A stretch of DNA of 61,829 nucleotides, the filler included, from Choristocarpus tenellus KU-1152 (taxonomy: Eukaryota > Protista > Phaeophyceae): assembly GCA_964200185.2 (NCBI GenBank). It is 10 parts of 10 records of this genome, joined end to end, with 100 filler letters (N's around TTAATTAATTAA, not from the genome) between each part and the next. Parts side by side here need not be neighbours in the genome. Positions count along the whole stretch, not along the records: positions 19,643 to 29,449 come from CAXNAD020003376.1; positions 29,550 to 36,698 come from CAXNAD020006616.1; positions 36,799 to 39,395 come from CAXNAD020026417.1; 7 more parts are not named here. The stretch is one strand, 5' to 3'. Shown in pieces: positions 25,548-38,959 of the stretch. The translations under genes were made by a program, and so were the position numbers. The notes under the pieces are model-generated. The model ran no database searches and had not been told where the DNA came from. It was given only the letters and a program-made list of their open reading frames with translations. The first letter of the stretch is position 1. Each line of letters begins with the position of its first letter.

Positions 25548-26629
25548 TAAAGTCAAAAATACCATGGTGTATTGACACGCAACCCCGTTTCCTACACTAA
25601 ATGGTAAATGATATTAAGACGTCAATTGCCTAGGATAATCCGCACCACGCATGACAATGAAACGATAGTCACCCACATGGACAGTTGTCAACCCAACCCG
25701 CTAACCAAAACATTACCCTCATGTGGATATACTCCAAATAGTCAGAATATAGCCCCTCAACACAACTTTTCCTAACCCTTCCCACCTCCAGCATATCACT
25801 CGCTAACCCCAAGAAAAAAGTCCTGAATACCGGACTACCGACCAACGCCTACGTGAAGAACTTGTTCCAGCCATACCCAACCATATTCACATGGATTACA
25901 CATTTTGGTTGCTCGATTTTAAGAGTCCAAATAAGGAATTACAACAATATTCATCACCGTACACCAAAAAATAAAACTACTCGTTTAACTCGAAATATTC
26001 CGACTAATTCGAAACCCTCTCAGTAGTGCTTCTTCACTATGAATGAAGTCATTTGTTCACCTCACGAAGCACAAACTACGAGTTAATCCTAATGAATGAC
26101 CTTTTTTTTCGATACCTCATGAACAAAAGCACGCGAAAATGGGCACTCCACCATATACCTAAACCAGTCCCCAACCATTCTTTTCATTAATTCAAATCCA
26201 TATTCAAAAATCCTCAAAGCAATGACAGCCTATTTTGCTGGACTTAAGCTTACCACGACTATAACTAAGTGCAATCCACACATATATCTATGAAACACAC
26301 CTTCGATCCCCCGTGCATATAAGCAAGTTACCCAAAAATCGCGACATGGTAAAATGGACCCCAAAGGGACACCCACCTCCGCCCCCCCCTCAGATACTTT
26401 GACCCTTGTGGAATGAACCATGGTTAATTGCTTACCACATGAAGAATCAGATCTGTCTTTAAAGCAAACTCCCCTATTGCAACTGCAAATACCAAAGGTA
26501 GCTCCACAATCGTCACCCTGTAAACGAATACAAATGCAAAAGAGAACACAGCGGTCAGAGTCTTGCAGATATCAACATAATTCCCACAACACACACAGAC
26601 ACCGACGTAGACTTGACACCTTATCAAAC

Positions 26630-27890
26630 GTTTCAAAGATTGACAAGGAAAAACGAACCTTGCAATACTTAACACTGCGGTGTGAGAAAGACCACTAACA
26701 GAGCGAAATGAGAAATGTGTTTGGAAACTCATTGTTGACCAGTACGATATTGTATACTGGCTTATCATAGTGATACATCAATAGCAAATAGAGGTTGACA
26801 CTCTATCTCCTTATACAGACACCATACCGCAAGACCCCATCTTCGCAATTAGTGGTTGGAATCCTCTAACGTATAGTTGGAGTTAACAGTGCCTTAGCAC
26901 ACACATTATTCTCTAGCAAACTGCTCTGTCAGATCGATGCGTATGAGGATGATAACCAAGCGGTTTTCCTCTCTTACATCTATTTTAGTAGAAACGGTGC
27001 AGAAGAGCGGTCTCCGATAAAAAATATATCCGCATATGCCAGTTCCTGATGGGGAGCAACCGCTATCGGTATCCTCTTGCGCCATGGTATACTTTCGTCA
27101 CATGGAATAGTGATTCGTGAGGATAGGGAGCAAAGTAGTATATATAAGTTAAGTTGCAGATATTCGCTTTTCTGACCATCTACATACAACAGAAAAGAGG
27201 CACTACACAACTAACTGTAAACTGCACGAATATTGATGATAGTTGGTACCTAAATATGTAAACCAATGAAAGCATACCTACATAAGAACCCTGTTCATGA
27301 CCAACTATACAACAGAGATATCTTAAATGTAATGAAGATAATGGCAACTACGTACATAATTTCCAGATCGACTTTGATCATACACTTCGCACGGATTTGT
27401 CGCGTCACAGGCATAGGCATTGCAATGTAGCAGCCATGACTCTAAGCTATCGTTGTTTTACACAAGAAGCAAGTTTCCTGGGTGTTTGAAACGACATAGA
27501 GAACTTGATACATTCGATCACCCGGTTGTGGCCAACTGCTAAACAGATAAAAGGGTTTCACGAGCAGATGATGATCATACCTCCATTTCTGGCACTCACA
27601 CTGTCACCCATCGGCTTTTCCACTACATGCTGTTGATGATGATGAGTGAGCAAACGGAAGCAGGAACTGAATGCATAACACCAGAAACGTGGTGCTTAGA
27701 GCCCGGTTTAGAAGTGTAGTCACATCTCCTTTGGCACGTCACTTCGCACTCCACAAATTCAATTAGACACCAATAACAGAAAAGTGTGATGGAAAAGAAT
27801 GAGGATCGCAGTCAGTCGTGTAGTTTAAGGACAGAGCATAACAACTTTAAAGTTGGTCGATGACAAATATATATCTTTGACTCCCTGTAG
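26630..27890 (+). pseudogene. Possible decayed NB-ARC/STAND NTPase gene
   Basis: Ordered fragments in shifting frames (*QGKTNLA, DQYDIVYWL, WLESSNV, MITKR, GEQPLSVSSCAMVY, SCSLRTEHNNFKVGR*QIYIFDSL) resemble the Walker A, RNBS-A, sensor-1, GLPLA and winged-helix motifs. Confidence 0.3.
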
Positions 27891-29607
27891 GCTCCTCGTG
27901 CGTACATCAGGGCTGTAGAAAAGCGACATAATGGAGAGGCCATTCCTATTAGCAGTCCTGTCGTTACATAAGGTCTATCTTCTCATATAGACAGAAACGC
28001 TGTACAGTGATGGTGTTGGTACGGTAATCCAGAATAGTATTGTTCCAGGCGATGGAGATATCTTACAGTGGTTGGATCCTTCCACTGGTCTTCATCGTCA
28101 AGACAAAACCCAAGATGCTGGCAACTAACTACCTATGACCTATTGGTTGACTATGTGAAGTGGTGGACATTTTCAACTCTAGTTGTGAAATACCCCATCT
28201 TTCCATCTACCTTCATTTTCGTATAAAGTATTTTTTCGAAGATTCTAAATACTGAATTCTGCTACTACCACTCTTTAATGAGACCAGTGCATTGCTTTGC
28301 AAAACAAGAAGACATGATCAAAATCTATACATCTGTACGTGCAGTTTCTACCCATGATATGAACAACATGACATGCGCAACACATGAATAGGACAAACTG
28401 TACCTGTGTTTACGATATAAGTTACAGGGAAAATAGAGATGAGTATGTGTGTCTTAGTATAAGGTAGGATGAAATGTAGGTCACACGTAGAACATACTAT
28501 TGAAATAGGATAATGGTTTGTATTAAGGTAGAAAGCGGAAAGACAAAAGAATCTGATGAAGGACAAAAGGGCTGAAGTTCTAAATCGTATTATTCTGTAG
28601 TGTAGTGATTACATATGGAAGGGTGGCGAATAGTCGAAGTGAACCAGCAAGTATTTGGAAATTAGATGTAGTTCTGTGCAGATTTTGGACTTCTACACCA
28701 TCAATCTCGTCCTCTTGGTTACTGTTCATCCTGAGTTATTTAGGTTGTCTTACGTATAATTCTCTTTACCACCTTTCTACATTATGTTGTGATTTAACAG
28801 GAATGTCAGCGACAGGTTCCTTTTTTGGGATCTCCGACATACACAAATGAATATGATGCGCGGTCATATACAATTGCGCGCGCCTACCACATCATTTGAT
28901 CTCATCCATATCGACCAGTCCAATAAACCAACCACACCCATAAGATCTGGATTTGACCAAACAGCCAAAATGGACTACCAGAACGAAGAACCATTCCGAT
29001 TCTGACCGATCAATTTATTTGCTGTGACGTTGCTCAGTCATTCGGGAAACATCTGTTGTGTTTTAAGGTTTTTGGCCTGTGCTGGATTTACTGATCTGTT
29101 CTGAGAATAGTGTGCAAATTACCTTGGGAGGTAATGCTATTTCTTAGTAGTGAAGATAAGAGAGTGTGAAGCCTCACACAACCCCTTTGCTGAACGTGAA
29201 AAAAGAATGGATGGTTGAAATTTAGAAGTGTGACCTTTGTGTGTGGTGTCTTCTCATTGCTTGTTTATTATTTATTTGTGCTCCTTCCTATCTGAGTCAA
29301 CGGTCATGTCAAAGTAGTTGAATGCAGAATAAATACCAATACATAATCCCATACATAATCTTGATGTACTATTTTATTAGTTACATCACATGGACTCAAT
29401 TCAACACAATAATCTCATACAGTACCTACCCCGATTTTATGCCAAATATNNNNNNNNNNNNNNNNNNNNNNNNNNNNNNNNNNNNNNNNNNNNTTAATTA
29501 ATTAANNNNNNNNNNNNNNNNNNNNNNNNNNNNNNNNNNNNNNNNNNNNCCCCCCCCCCCCCCCAGATACGTTGGGTCTTATGCCATCGCACAAAATTGT
29601 TGTGCTA

Positions 29608-31107
29608 CTACCTCCGTGCCATACGTCTGTGCTGCGTTGTCCATCAATTTTGAAGGTATTGATAAAAAAACATTCTGAAAGAAGATTTGGAATCCTTGAC
29701 AAATTTCTGGTTAGGGTCAGCTCTTTTTATTATTATTACTCATCCATTAAAATTTGATCAGTCACAGAAAAGTCTCCATGTCTACCTTCAGCATGTTTTC
29801 AATCTCACCAAACAACTGCCTCTTCCTTACTCCTGTGTGCTCCACACTGAAGTCATTCCCCCCTTTGTATCTAAGTACTTGATTGTACACCACGAAAAGG
29901 AGCTGCCAAGCCCTCTCAAGTGTGGTTACATCATACTCCTCATACTGTTTCTTAACGACCTTCACCATCGCCTCAACGGACCCAAACCGCTCCCCCATCA
30001 CTCGGTACTTTGAAGACCTGAAGAAGCACAGGTCCCTGATATTGAGGTCGGGGGGGTTAGATTGCTGCGTCACTAGCCTAATCCACCACCCCTCAGTCTT
30101 CCCTACCCCTGACAAGATTTCTGAGTTGCCCTTACCCGTGTGGGGGGTGGCACCATCTTGCTGAACGACAACATGCTTCCCCTGCAACCAAGGTATCTTG
30201 GTATTGATTGCAGGCAGTAAGTCGTCCATGTACCTCTTCCTGTACCATGAATGGTCTAAAGTACAGTCTTGCTCACACACATCCCTCTTTTTATGGTTCT
30301 TTCTTGTCCTGTCTGCCGTTTTTGGCGCACACACGCGCCAAACACCAAGCTTTCCATCAAAGCTGTGAGTCGAATCTGGGCGGGCGTTGGCCGCAATGAT
30401 CATGGTTTTGGGATATGACTCTTGTGCTTCACAGTAGGGGACTCTGGAAGGTCGCTATCATCCTCATGCGGAAATACCCTAACCCTTTCCCCATCGGCCG
30501 TCACATAAAACCAGGTTTCACTCACGTGGATAGTGTTCGCCATGGAGGCATACACACCACATTTCCTGTCCACTGGATTACACACAAAGTCCATTCTCCA
30601 GTGCGAGCTCCGAACGTCGCTCACTACGTGCCGCCACCCCTAGGTCAAGCGTATCGCCATGGGGGAGCTGATCGGTGACATCCTCCCAGAGTCCTCGCAT
30701 GTAATGCCCGGACACTCCAAACTCCGCTGTGAGGGCAGGCCCAACGTGTCACAGCAGTTTATGCGCACCAGGGATAATCGCGAGGGCGTACCGCACTGCA
30801 AGCACAACCCTGGTATTCAGGGACACTTGGGCAACCTTCCTACCCGGGGGGATTAACGGGGGTTGCCATGTGCTGATGTTCTGACCCTCAATGTATCCAG
30901 TTCTGTCCTAGAAATCACCCCAAAAGATCCCTACTTTGACGACTTGAAGCACCTCGAGATTGTACCTGATGATCCTCGACCCCCACCTTTTCTGAAGCTG
31001 AGATTATCAACCCGATTTAATTCTTTGGGGTTATCGTCCGATTCAGCACCGTTCTCACTCGGCGAGCACAAATGTTTCGGCAGCACAAACTTAAGACACA
31101 GAGGTAG
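29608..31107 (-). mobile_element. Tc1/mariner (PlantMar/DD39D-like) element, TIR-bounded, with defective transposase
   Basis: ORFs 30400-30624 and 29762-30403 give IHVSETWFY...VKHKSHIPK...ARP...FDGKLGVW...QQDGATPH...NPPDLNIRDLCFF. The 28-bp imperfect TIRs (23/28) begin CTACCTCCGT (Stowaway-like) after a TA. The first catalytic D reads S and the N-terminus is frameshifted. Confidence 0.9.
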
Positions 31108-31132
31108 CACAACATCGTGCTATGAAGCAACA

Positions 31133-31391
31133 GAGCCAAAGCATTTAAGAGGGTAGGGCCGGATCCGTTCGGGGTCAAAAACATATTGTTTAGATTTTGA
31201 TTAATTTTGACTATCATATTGTTAGCAGGTATCAATATCCTTGCTCTGAGCACACCTTTTATAGTTGAATACACTTTAGGTAAAATGTGGTCACACAGAA
31301 AATCGAAAAAGGGTATAAAAAATCTGTGGGAAGCCAAGCCCCGAACGGACCAGCAGGGCAAAACTCCTACCCTCTTAAAATACGTTGGGTC
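31133..31391 (+). mobile_element. MITE family B, TSD AACA
   Basis: AACA on both flanks; homologous to the 8326 copy. Confidence 0.85.
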
Positions 31392-32094
31392 AACATAGCG
31401 ATACAGGTCAACACTCTATATATTGTTGCAAATTCACCCCATTATGTTCTGACATAACATAACATTACGAATTATTAACACCATTCCGTAGTCCTGCATG
31501 CACGCATGAATATATTTCTATGGTATAAACGTGTAAGGTGGTTCAGTGTAGCCTTGTACTGAGTGAAGTAGTTTATTGCCCTGCTTTGGCGTCTGAGAAT
31601 TGCTTATTGCACGTGTACGTTCATCAAGTGAGGGTTGATCTAATTGTGTACTAGAGAAGCAAGAGGAAGAGAAAGGGGAGAGGAAGATGTTCGATTATCA
31701 ATATTATTACTATTAATACTAGGCCGTAATGCTCAGCAAGTTCACCATTCCACATTGATAGTATTGATATAAAGTATAAAAATATATATACAAGAGCAGG
31801 GTAGAAACAATAGAGGAAAATATAGTATGAACTCTGGTATTACTCTAGGTGAAGTGTGTTTCTTTTTGCATCAGCACCACAATGGAACTGCCTCCTCCCC
31901 TCCATTGAACTTCTTCATTGATCCCCTGGCTGTGGTAGGACGGCCCCACCTGCACCCTCAGTTAGATGTATTGCTCTTACCAACCGACTCTTTCGTCGGC
32001 AGAGCCAAACTTGGCTGTATGTATTCATTAACTCATCAGTTGCATCTCGTGAGGGGCTGTCGATGTGCAGTCCCCATACAGTCCATAACTTACC

Positions 32095-33190
32095 TATTTC
32101 ATGAAGACGCTTATCCAAAGTCTGTTTGGCCTCCTCTCTTGAGAGTATCAGTATCTCTTTCGGAGTAAAATTGTACTTTACCCAACAAAAGACCATCATC
32201 TTGGCGTTAGCTAGGTCAATTCAGACCCTTTCGCAAGACACCACTTGCCCAGCTACGCAGTTTTCACGCTCTAGCATAGCAGCAGATGCAGGGATCCTAG
32301 ACACAGCCTGTGCAACTAGCGCAAGCAAAGAGAAATTCTTCAGTCCATGTTCTCTCCAAGAGGTCGCAAGACTCACCCCAGAGGAGTCTCCCATAAGGTA
32401 ATCTATGACACATGAAAGTCCTGTACCACATTGAAAACAATATAAGAGGTGGAAAGGAACAAAGTTGGGTTAATACTCAGCTTTCAGTTTGTTTAACAAG
32501 TTCGTTAAGTTGAAATGTTGAATGCACCACTACGTAACTCAACCTTCACGTATTCAAGAAGCTGGCTTGTATAATTTATAAAACCAAATCAAGTGTTAGG
32601 AGGCATTTTGTAGGGTGGCACACGCACTCACTAGCATTTCCTTTTTAACCGCAGACTTGTGGACGTGGATGAGATGCTTCCCCTGATATGATTTGGGGCA
32701 GGAGAAGTGTTACTCTTCTCCATCTCAATGAAGCTCCAGGCAGCGTCTACTCTGCATATCATACTTGCAATGCAGTTTAATCGGTGTGAATCAGAAGTTA
32801 CATCATTCACTATCACTTCTTCTACTAACATGCCCCAGTAATATAACGGCGAACATGTTAAGTTTTTACTGCCACCTTTGACTTCAAATATCATCTGGAG
32901 AAACAAAGGAAGAGATTGCTGTTCTGATGACCTGAGGCACTACCAATCAATGAGGACTTTCTCCTATCAGTGACGCTGCTACCAGTGGCGACCACTGTGT
33001 TGGAACAACCGTTGGAACCACTTGTTGGGACCATTAGCACGATGGAGGTCAAGATGCTGCTAATGGGGGAAGTGACTAGCAGCGTCTCTCCACTCTCACA
33101 ACGTCAACATATATGGAAACAACATGTCTCTGTCCTCCTGCCCTCAGGCACAGTTGTTAATGAGATAGGAAATCGCATTACCTTTTAATA
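32095..33190 (-). pseudogene. hAT transposase remnant (C-terminal dimerisation domain at ~32095-32400)
   Basis: SWREHGLKNFSLLALVAQAVSRIPASAAMLERENCVAGQVVSCERV*IDLANAKMMVF matches the hAT dimerisation consensus (W...FP.LA..A...L.IPASSA..ER.FS.AG). The upstream part is heavily decayed. Confidence 0.8.
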
Positions 33191-33944
33191 GACTTTACAC
33201 ACACCAGTAGTATCAGCAGATTTTTATTCTATCAAATTCTATTTCTCTTTAAAATGTTTTAGTGGTGATGATGGTGATGTGTGATGACAAATGTGGATGT
33301 TGCATTTTTCTTTCTGCATTTTAACACAACATTTTATGTTATGAAATAATGTGCGTTAAATTGAAAGGGCAACACTATATTTTGCCGATATCACCCCAGT
33401 CCGAACCATGCACTCCAGATTATAACACTATGTTATATTCGTAACACTCCAAACTTAAAAATGAATAAGAAAATAGTATGTACACAGAATATTCAGCGAC
33501 ATGTTTACACATTGTGTTAACATTGTGTTTTCAATATGTCACTTCCTCCGTTCGGAATGAAATGTAGCACAACGTTTGCAAGCTGTGTTCTTACCCGGGA
33601 ATGACCCATGTGCTTTATTCCACTGGTCGAGGCATTGTTCTCATCTAAATTGAGAGGCCTGCAAAGTTTGAGATGGTGGGCTATCATGACTGTGGGGGAT
33701 CACCAGTGCAAAGTCTACCAAGTCCATTTGAAGGGTTAAAAAACCTCATCAAACGGTCGAAGCGTGTGTTTATTGGAATGCCCAGGACAAAGGCCCCCCA
33801 TTGTTTGAGTGTCTCGCTCACCCCGTCATCACCTGTTGGTAAAATTTCTTCGGCACAGAAGTCTCTCAAGGGTTCAGACTCAAGCACTCTGACAAAGAAC
33901 AGCGCGGTGCCACGACAATGAGGTTGAGACAAATATACAGTAAG

Positions 33945-34105
33945 GGGTCAAAATATCCCTTGTAGCGGGCGCGTTTTTACACCCAGGTCCCACAGCAGCG
34001 CTAAGCCATTACTGATGAACGAGTTGGTCAGGTGGCAAGCTGTCTGGACGTACACAAAAGCGACATCCAGAAGTAGGGCCTTGTCTACCGTCAATATTTT
34101 GACCT
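33945..34105 (+). mobile_element. Short GGG-terminated MITE (family E)
   Basis: GGGTCAAAATAT ... ATATTTTGACCT. The 5' part resembles the element at 43681. Confidence 0.55.
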
Positions 34106-37100
34106 CAAGTCAATATAATAATTCCTGTTGTTACTACTGTTGTTTAAATTAGTGCTATTTTCTGCATCACATTTGTCGGGGATGATCCTGACCCATGGTC
34201 AGAGGTAATACATACCGGTGATGCATCAAAAGATTTAATTTCATTGTGCCCTTTTTTTGGTTAAAACCCCCGGCTTCAGCCGGGAGAGACTTCAGTCCTT
34301 GTGTTGCAACTTTACGTCTTTCGTCATATCTGTTAATGCATAATGAAGTATGCATACTTCATTATACGTTAACAGATATGACTGATTATAACAAATCTAG
34401 CCACATAATCTTCTACCATCGATTTCACATTGTTTGGATTACTAAGTATATCCGTTTGATGCTCATCAGTCAAATAATATCTCTTTAGAGTAACACTGAC
34501 TTCCAGTCTAGACTTCAACCTACCACCTTCAGCTGGTTGTTATTGAGCAAGTCATCTGCACCGCGTTACTTCTCATATCAACCACTGATTAACTGTTGTA
34601 CTACGATCAATTTTACTGCCTTTGCTCCTGGCCCGGTTCTTACACATTGGGTTCAGCACTCCCACTGCTCGTTGGTCCGTCTGCTCCCTCGATTATTGGG
34701 CCCCGTCCAACCCGAGATTCTACGTAGGTCTTGGTTTGGCTTTTTTTTGGTACAGGCACAAGCAGGATAGTACAGGTGTACGATTCGTTGTGGTGTGACA
34801 TGGAATAGGATAATGATTGAAACCAGATTTGTGAAAAAAAAGTCTAGCTTTGATTGGGTTTGAACCCACCGATTTTATGAGGGCAGTTATCACCATAACC
34901 ACTCCCGAACCACAACAAATCTAGTCATACCATAACACGAACTAAATCGAATTTTCCACACACGAACATCCCATCCTTCGGCGATTAAAATGAAATACTT
35001 TACTTTTGACATTCTTCTTTGTTCCACCAATTGATTGTTCCACAAGATTGAATAATTGAAACCATATTCGAACAAAAAAAGGTTTCACTTAGAACAGATT
35101 GTAACCTACTAAAATTTTGGAGGTACCTCCTCTCTTTAACAACTATGATACCAAAATGTGAAAGGGTATAATAATATAGTACCATCCCATTTCAAAACAA
35201 CTCTACCGTACCATATTACTAATAAAATCTAAATTTCCACCTCAAAAAATAATATCCTTTTGTGATCAAAATGATGTACTTTGGTCTTTCTTTCCGCCCT
35301 TCTTCCTTCTTTTTCCAACTGTTCCACCAACGGTTCCATAACGTCACATCTTGTTTCAAACCCAAAAGGGTTTTATGTACTTCTTCTAATTGTAAAGAGT
35401 CTTTCCCTTCGTTCCTGCTTCTAAATTTGATTTTGTGGTTCTATCTACTTTTCCAAACTTGAACATACAAAGAGTTCAAATATTATTATCCTTTTATATT
35501 TTTCCAGATCACAATACTTCGTTTTATAATAAAATTTGTTCCTCTCTAAATTTTTGTTCAGTCTTTCCCTCCTTCCTTTTCGATACTTATTTTTGTAGGT
35601 GATGATAGTCTTAGAGACTTATAATTTTCCAAAACAAAATAATGTCCTTTGAGATTCTGTTTATGAAAAACTTGGAGAAATTGGGACAACATCAGTTTGT
35701 TGTACAAAACATCAAAGTTTCATACATAGTAGTTCAGAGTACAGTCTTACGTATAACTTGGAATAAAAACTGTAAGAGTGTGGAAGGTGTACAATAAGAG
35801 TGTTTGTTCTCCACTATATAGTACTAAACTAAAGTTTATCGTTTCATGCCTATTTCTTGATAAATCGGGACGAAGTATATTCTCAACCTATCTTCTGGAA
35901 ATAACTTCAACTATTGTGAGAGGTATCTTCTGAGGGATTGCCTCTCCCTCCTGCCTTGTCTCTTTCCATTCCCTTCCCCCTGTGAATCTTCCCACTCCCC
36001 TTCAGTCTGAAGAACCTGTCGGCCTGTTTCCATCTATTTCAAACTATCTTCCATTTCATATGTATCCCAACTTATTTAAAGCGTAAAATTTCAAATATCA
36101 GTTTTCAAATACCAGTATTCAGACTGGCAACTTACATAAATTAGTGGGTTCGAACTCCTTTATCGCCAGGCTTCTTTTCATCATTTGTACAGAAATCTGG
36201 TTTCGATTCCACTGATGACAAGAACAACAGATTGTACGTGTACTACCTATATGCTATACCTCAAAAACATTCAACCAAGTTCAAGGTTGAAACTTTGGGG
36301 CAGGTCCAGCACAACAATAGTTGAGGGAGGAGGTGGAGTAACAAACCCCAAGAGAAGCAAGGTAGGAACACTGATAGCACAGTTAGTGGTTGTGTGACAC
36401 TTAGTAGTTAGAGTAGGATAAGTAGGGTCAGTGTGTAATTATGACTCTGACTACGGCTTGGTCCCCACACTCATGTGATGCAAATGAAAAATAATTGTAC
36501 AAAAAAATGATGATAAATAAAAAATATTATTTAAAGGAAGATTTTGCCTTGAGTAGATACGCTTTGCCTGTTTCCGAAAAGTAGACCTCTCAAGATTTCG
36601 TCAAAGGATATGGGGGGGGGGGGTGTCGGCGTCCGTTTTTCACCCTTTTAACGATTTTGACTTTTTTGTTGTGATTTGATCGCACGTGTCAGATTTGANN
36701 NNNNNNNNNNNNNNNNNNNNNNNNNNNNNNNNNNNNNNNNNNTTAATTAATTAANNNNNNNNNNNNNNNNNNNNNNNNNNNNNNNNNNNNNNNNNNNNGT
36801 GAAAATCGAAAAAAGAGTGAAAGACGGACGCCGACACCCCCCCCCAAGATACATTGATCCCTCCTCCTTTTCCCATTGACACCTGTGATGTCCTCGTATT
36901 GAGGGGGGTGATGTGATAGCCACCTTCACTCCAACTATAATACCTTTAGTGGTATCCATCCTTCTTAAGGTACATGTCAGAGTCTGTTCCTTCTGATGGC
37001 ATCAGCCTCAGGATGTTGAGTGGAGCTTCCAAGCTTCTTGGTCAGTTCTCTTCTAAGTGACCTCGTTGGGGTTGCCTGTCCTTTCTCTTTCTCTCTCTTC

Positions 37101-37297
37101 TTTCTACATCCTCCTCTGGACCTTTTTGCTCTCCTGCAGTCTGAAGGGCCTGCTTCCCGTGTTTCGATCTATTTCATTATGCATGGATGTGTATGCACAT
37201 AGTTTCTGTATAAAAGGAGATGAATGACAGGTTTATGAGATTCTTCTCTTGACTATTTTTTTTTTGTGGTGTATAATCTTGCCTACAAGTTGGTGTA

Positions 37298-37533
37298 TGA
37301 CAAAAGCATTGAAGAGAGTAGGAGTTTTGCTCTGTTTATCCGCATGGGTTTGTTATGCCCTTTATCGGTTTTCTGTATGAATACAGCAACCTGAGATGTA
37401 TACGACTATGGAAATTGTGTCCAGAGCAAGGACATCGATACTTGCTAACAAACTCGATAGCCAAAAGTAATTGAAAACGCAACATTGTGTTTATTATCTG
37501 GAACTGACCTTACCCTTTTAAATGCTTTGACTC
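37298..37533 (-). mobile_element. MITE family B
   Basis: Homologous to 8326-8583; ends TAAATGCTTTGACTC. Confidence 0.75.
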
Positions 37534-37669
37534 ATATATCAGATAGTAATTATATATATATATATATGTTGATAACGAAAATAGAAACACTAACAATCAA
37601 ATAATAGAAATAGTGGTAATAGTATTGATAGTATTGCGGTAAGGCAAGAAACTCTCTCAGTCATCAAAT

Positions 37670-37885
37670 CTCAGGAGAAGTTTGAACCACATGTCAAATC
37701 CCATGTTTGACGTCACATCTTTGTGACCGTCAACGGCAAGTGGTCTGAGAACTCTCTAGAGCTTGTCTGTGTTTGATGTTGATGGGAATATCACTAATGA
37801 CAAATAAATGTGCGCTCATTGCACTTGTGTGTGCGCGCGGATGTGGATTGGACTGATATCATCTCTCAAAGGGACCTGTCCGTAA
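37670..37885 (+). repeat. Dispersed ~200-bp repeat (second copy at ~54428-54620)
   Basis: Shared blocks: GACGTCAC, ACCGTCAACGGCAAGTGGTCTGAGAA, GTTTGATGTTGATGG, ATGTGGATTGGA and AAAGGGACCTGTCC. Confidence 0.85.
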
Positions 37886-38106
37886 CACTAGTAATATATA
37901 GTAACCCCCTATGTAGTTGTGTCAACTGTATTAATTATTACATGATCTTTCCTCTTCTCGGGTCCCTGTTGTGGTAGTATGCAGCAAATTTCTTTCAACT
38001 ATTTCAAAATTTCAAAGAAGCATAAACACAGGAGGGCTTTCCATATTCCAAACTACCAACTCTCTTTCGCCAGACTTTTCAAACAAAAGAAAACTCTATG
38101 CTCTCA

Positions 38107-38368
38107 GAGTCAAAGTATCGTAGAGGTTATAGCTGTGTCCATTTGGGGCTTGGCTTCCAATGTTGCAATTTTGATATAATTTTGACGATCGTGTTTGTTG
38201 TTAGGAGATGTTGTCAATAACCTTGTTCCGCACACCTTTTCATACCATATACATTTTACCAACTCCAAAACATTTGGGCTAGGTAAAATATCATTAACAA
38301 CCCATTGGAAGCCAAGCCCCAAATGGACAAATAGGGGAAAACTCACACCCTCTAAGATATTTTCACTC
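38107..38368 (+). mobile_element. MITE family A
   Basis: Full TIR-to-TIR copy. Confidence 0.9.
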
Positions 38369-38959
38369 TCAAGTGAACCTTAGCACTTCATCCAGCCCCT
38401 ACTCATAACTCCTGCTATGCCCACAACAATATCAAGCATCCGTCCATGGTGCCTTCTCTTCAACACTGAAGACCATACTCGCCTTCTTCTTAAGTATGCC
38501 TTGAATTCTGCACAGAAAGATAGAAGTAGGGTGGATAGCAAAGGATAAAAAAGTGTCACAAAATGCAGAACAGCCAAAACCTGGTTACTTGTCTCCCTTA
38601 TTTTGACTCAATTTCAATATATCGTCATCAGTTTGTCATAGTCATGATGTTGTCGCCAACTAAACTGTATCCCAATATTCATCCCAGATCACGAATTTGA
38701 ATACTAGCAGAAACTGTAAGTAGTCATGTTGAATTACACATGTTCCCATAAAAAACCATACTGTAGTATATATATTATCCCCTTCGACATTTTACAGATG
38801 TTTCAGAAAAAAAACAAACCTATGTCACAGACTGCTGTGTGGGTTAGGGGATTCGAGGTCTAGAGTTAGCCCGTTCATTCTCCCTTCCACTTTACCTCAA
38901 GAATATCGGTATTTCTGACTCTTCTAATCGATTCGCAGTGCGTCGGTGTTGATATTGGT

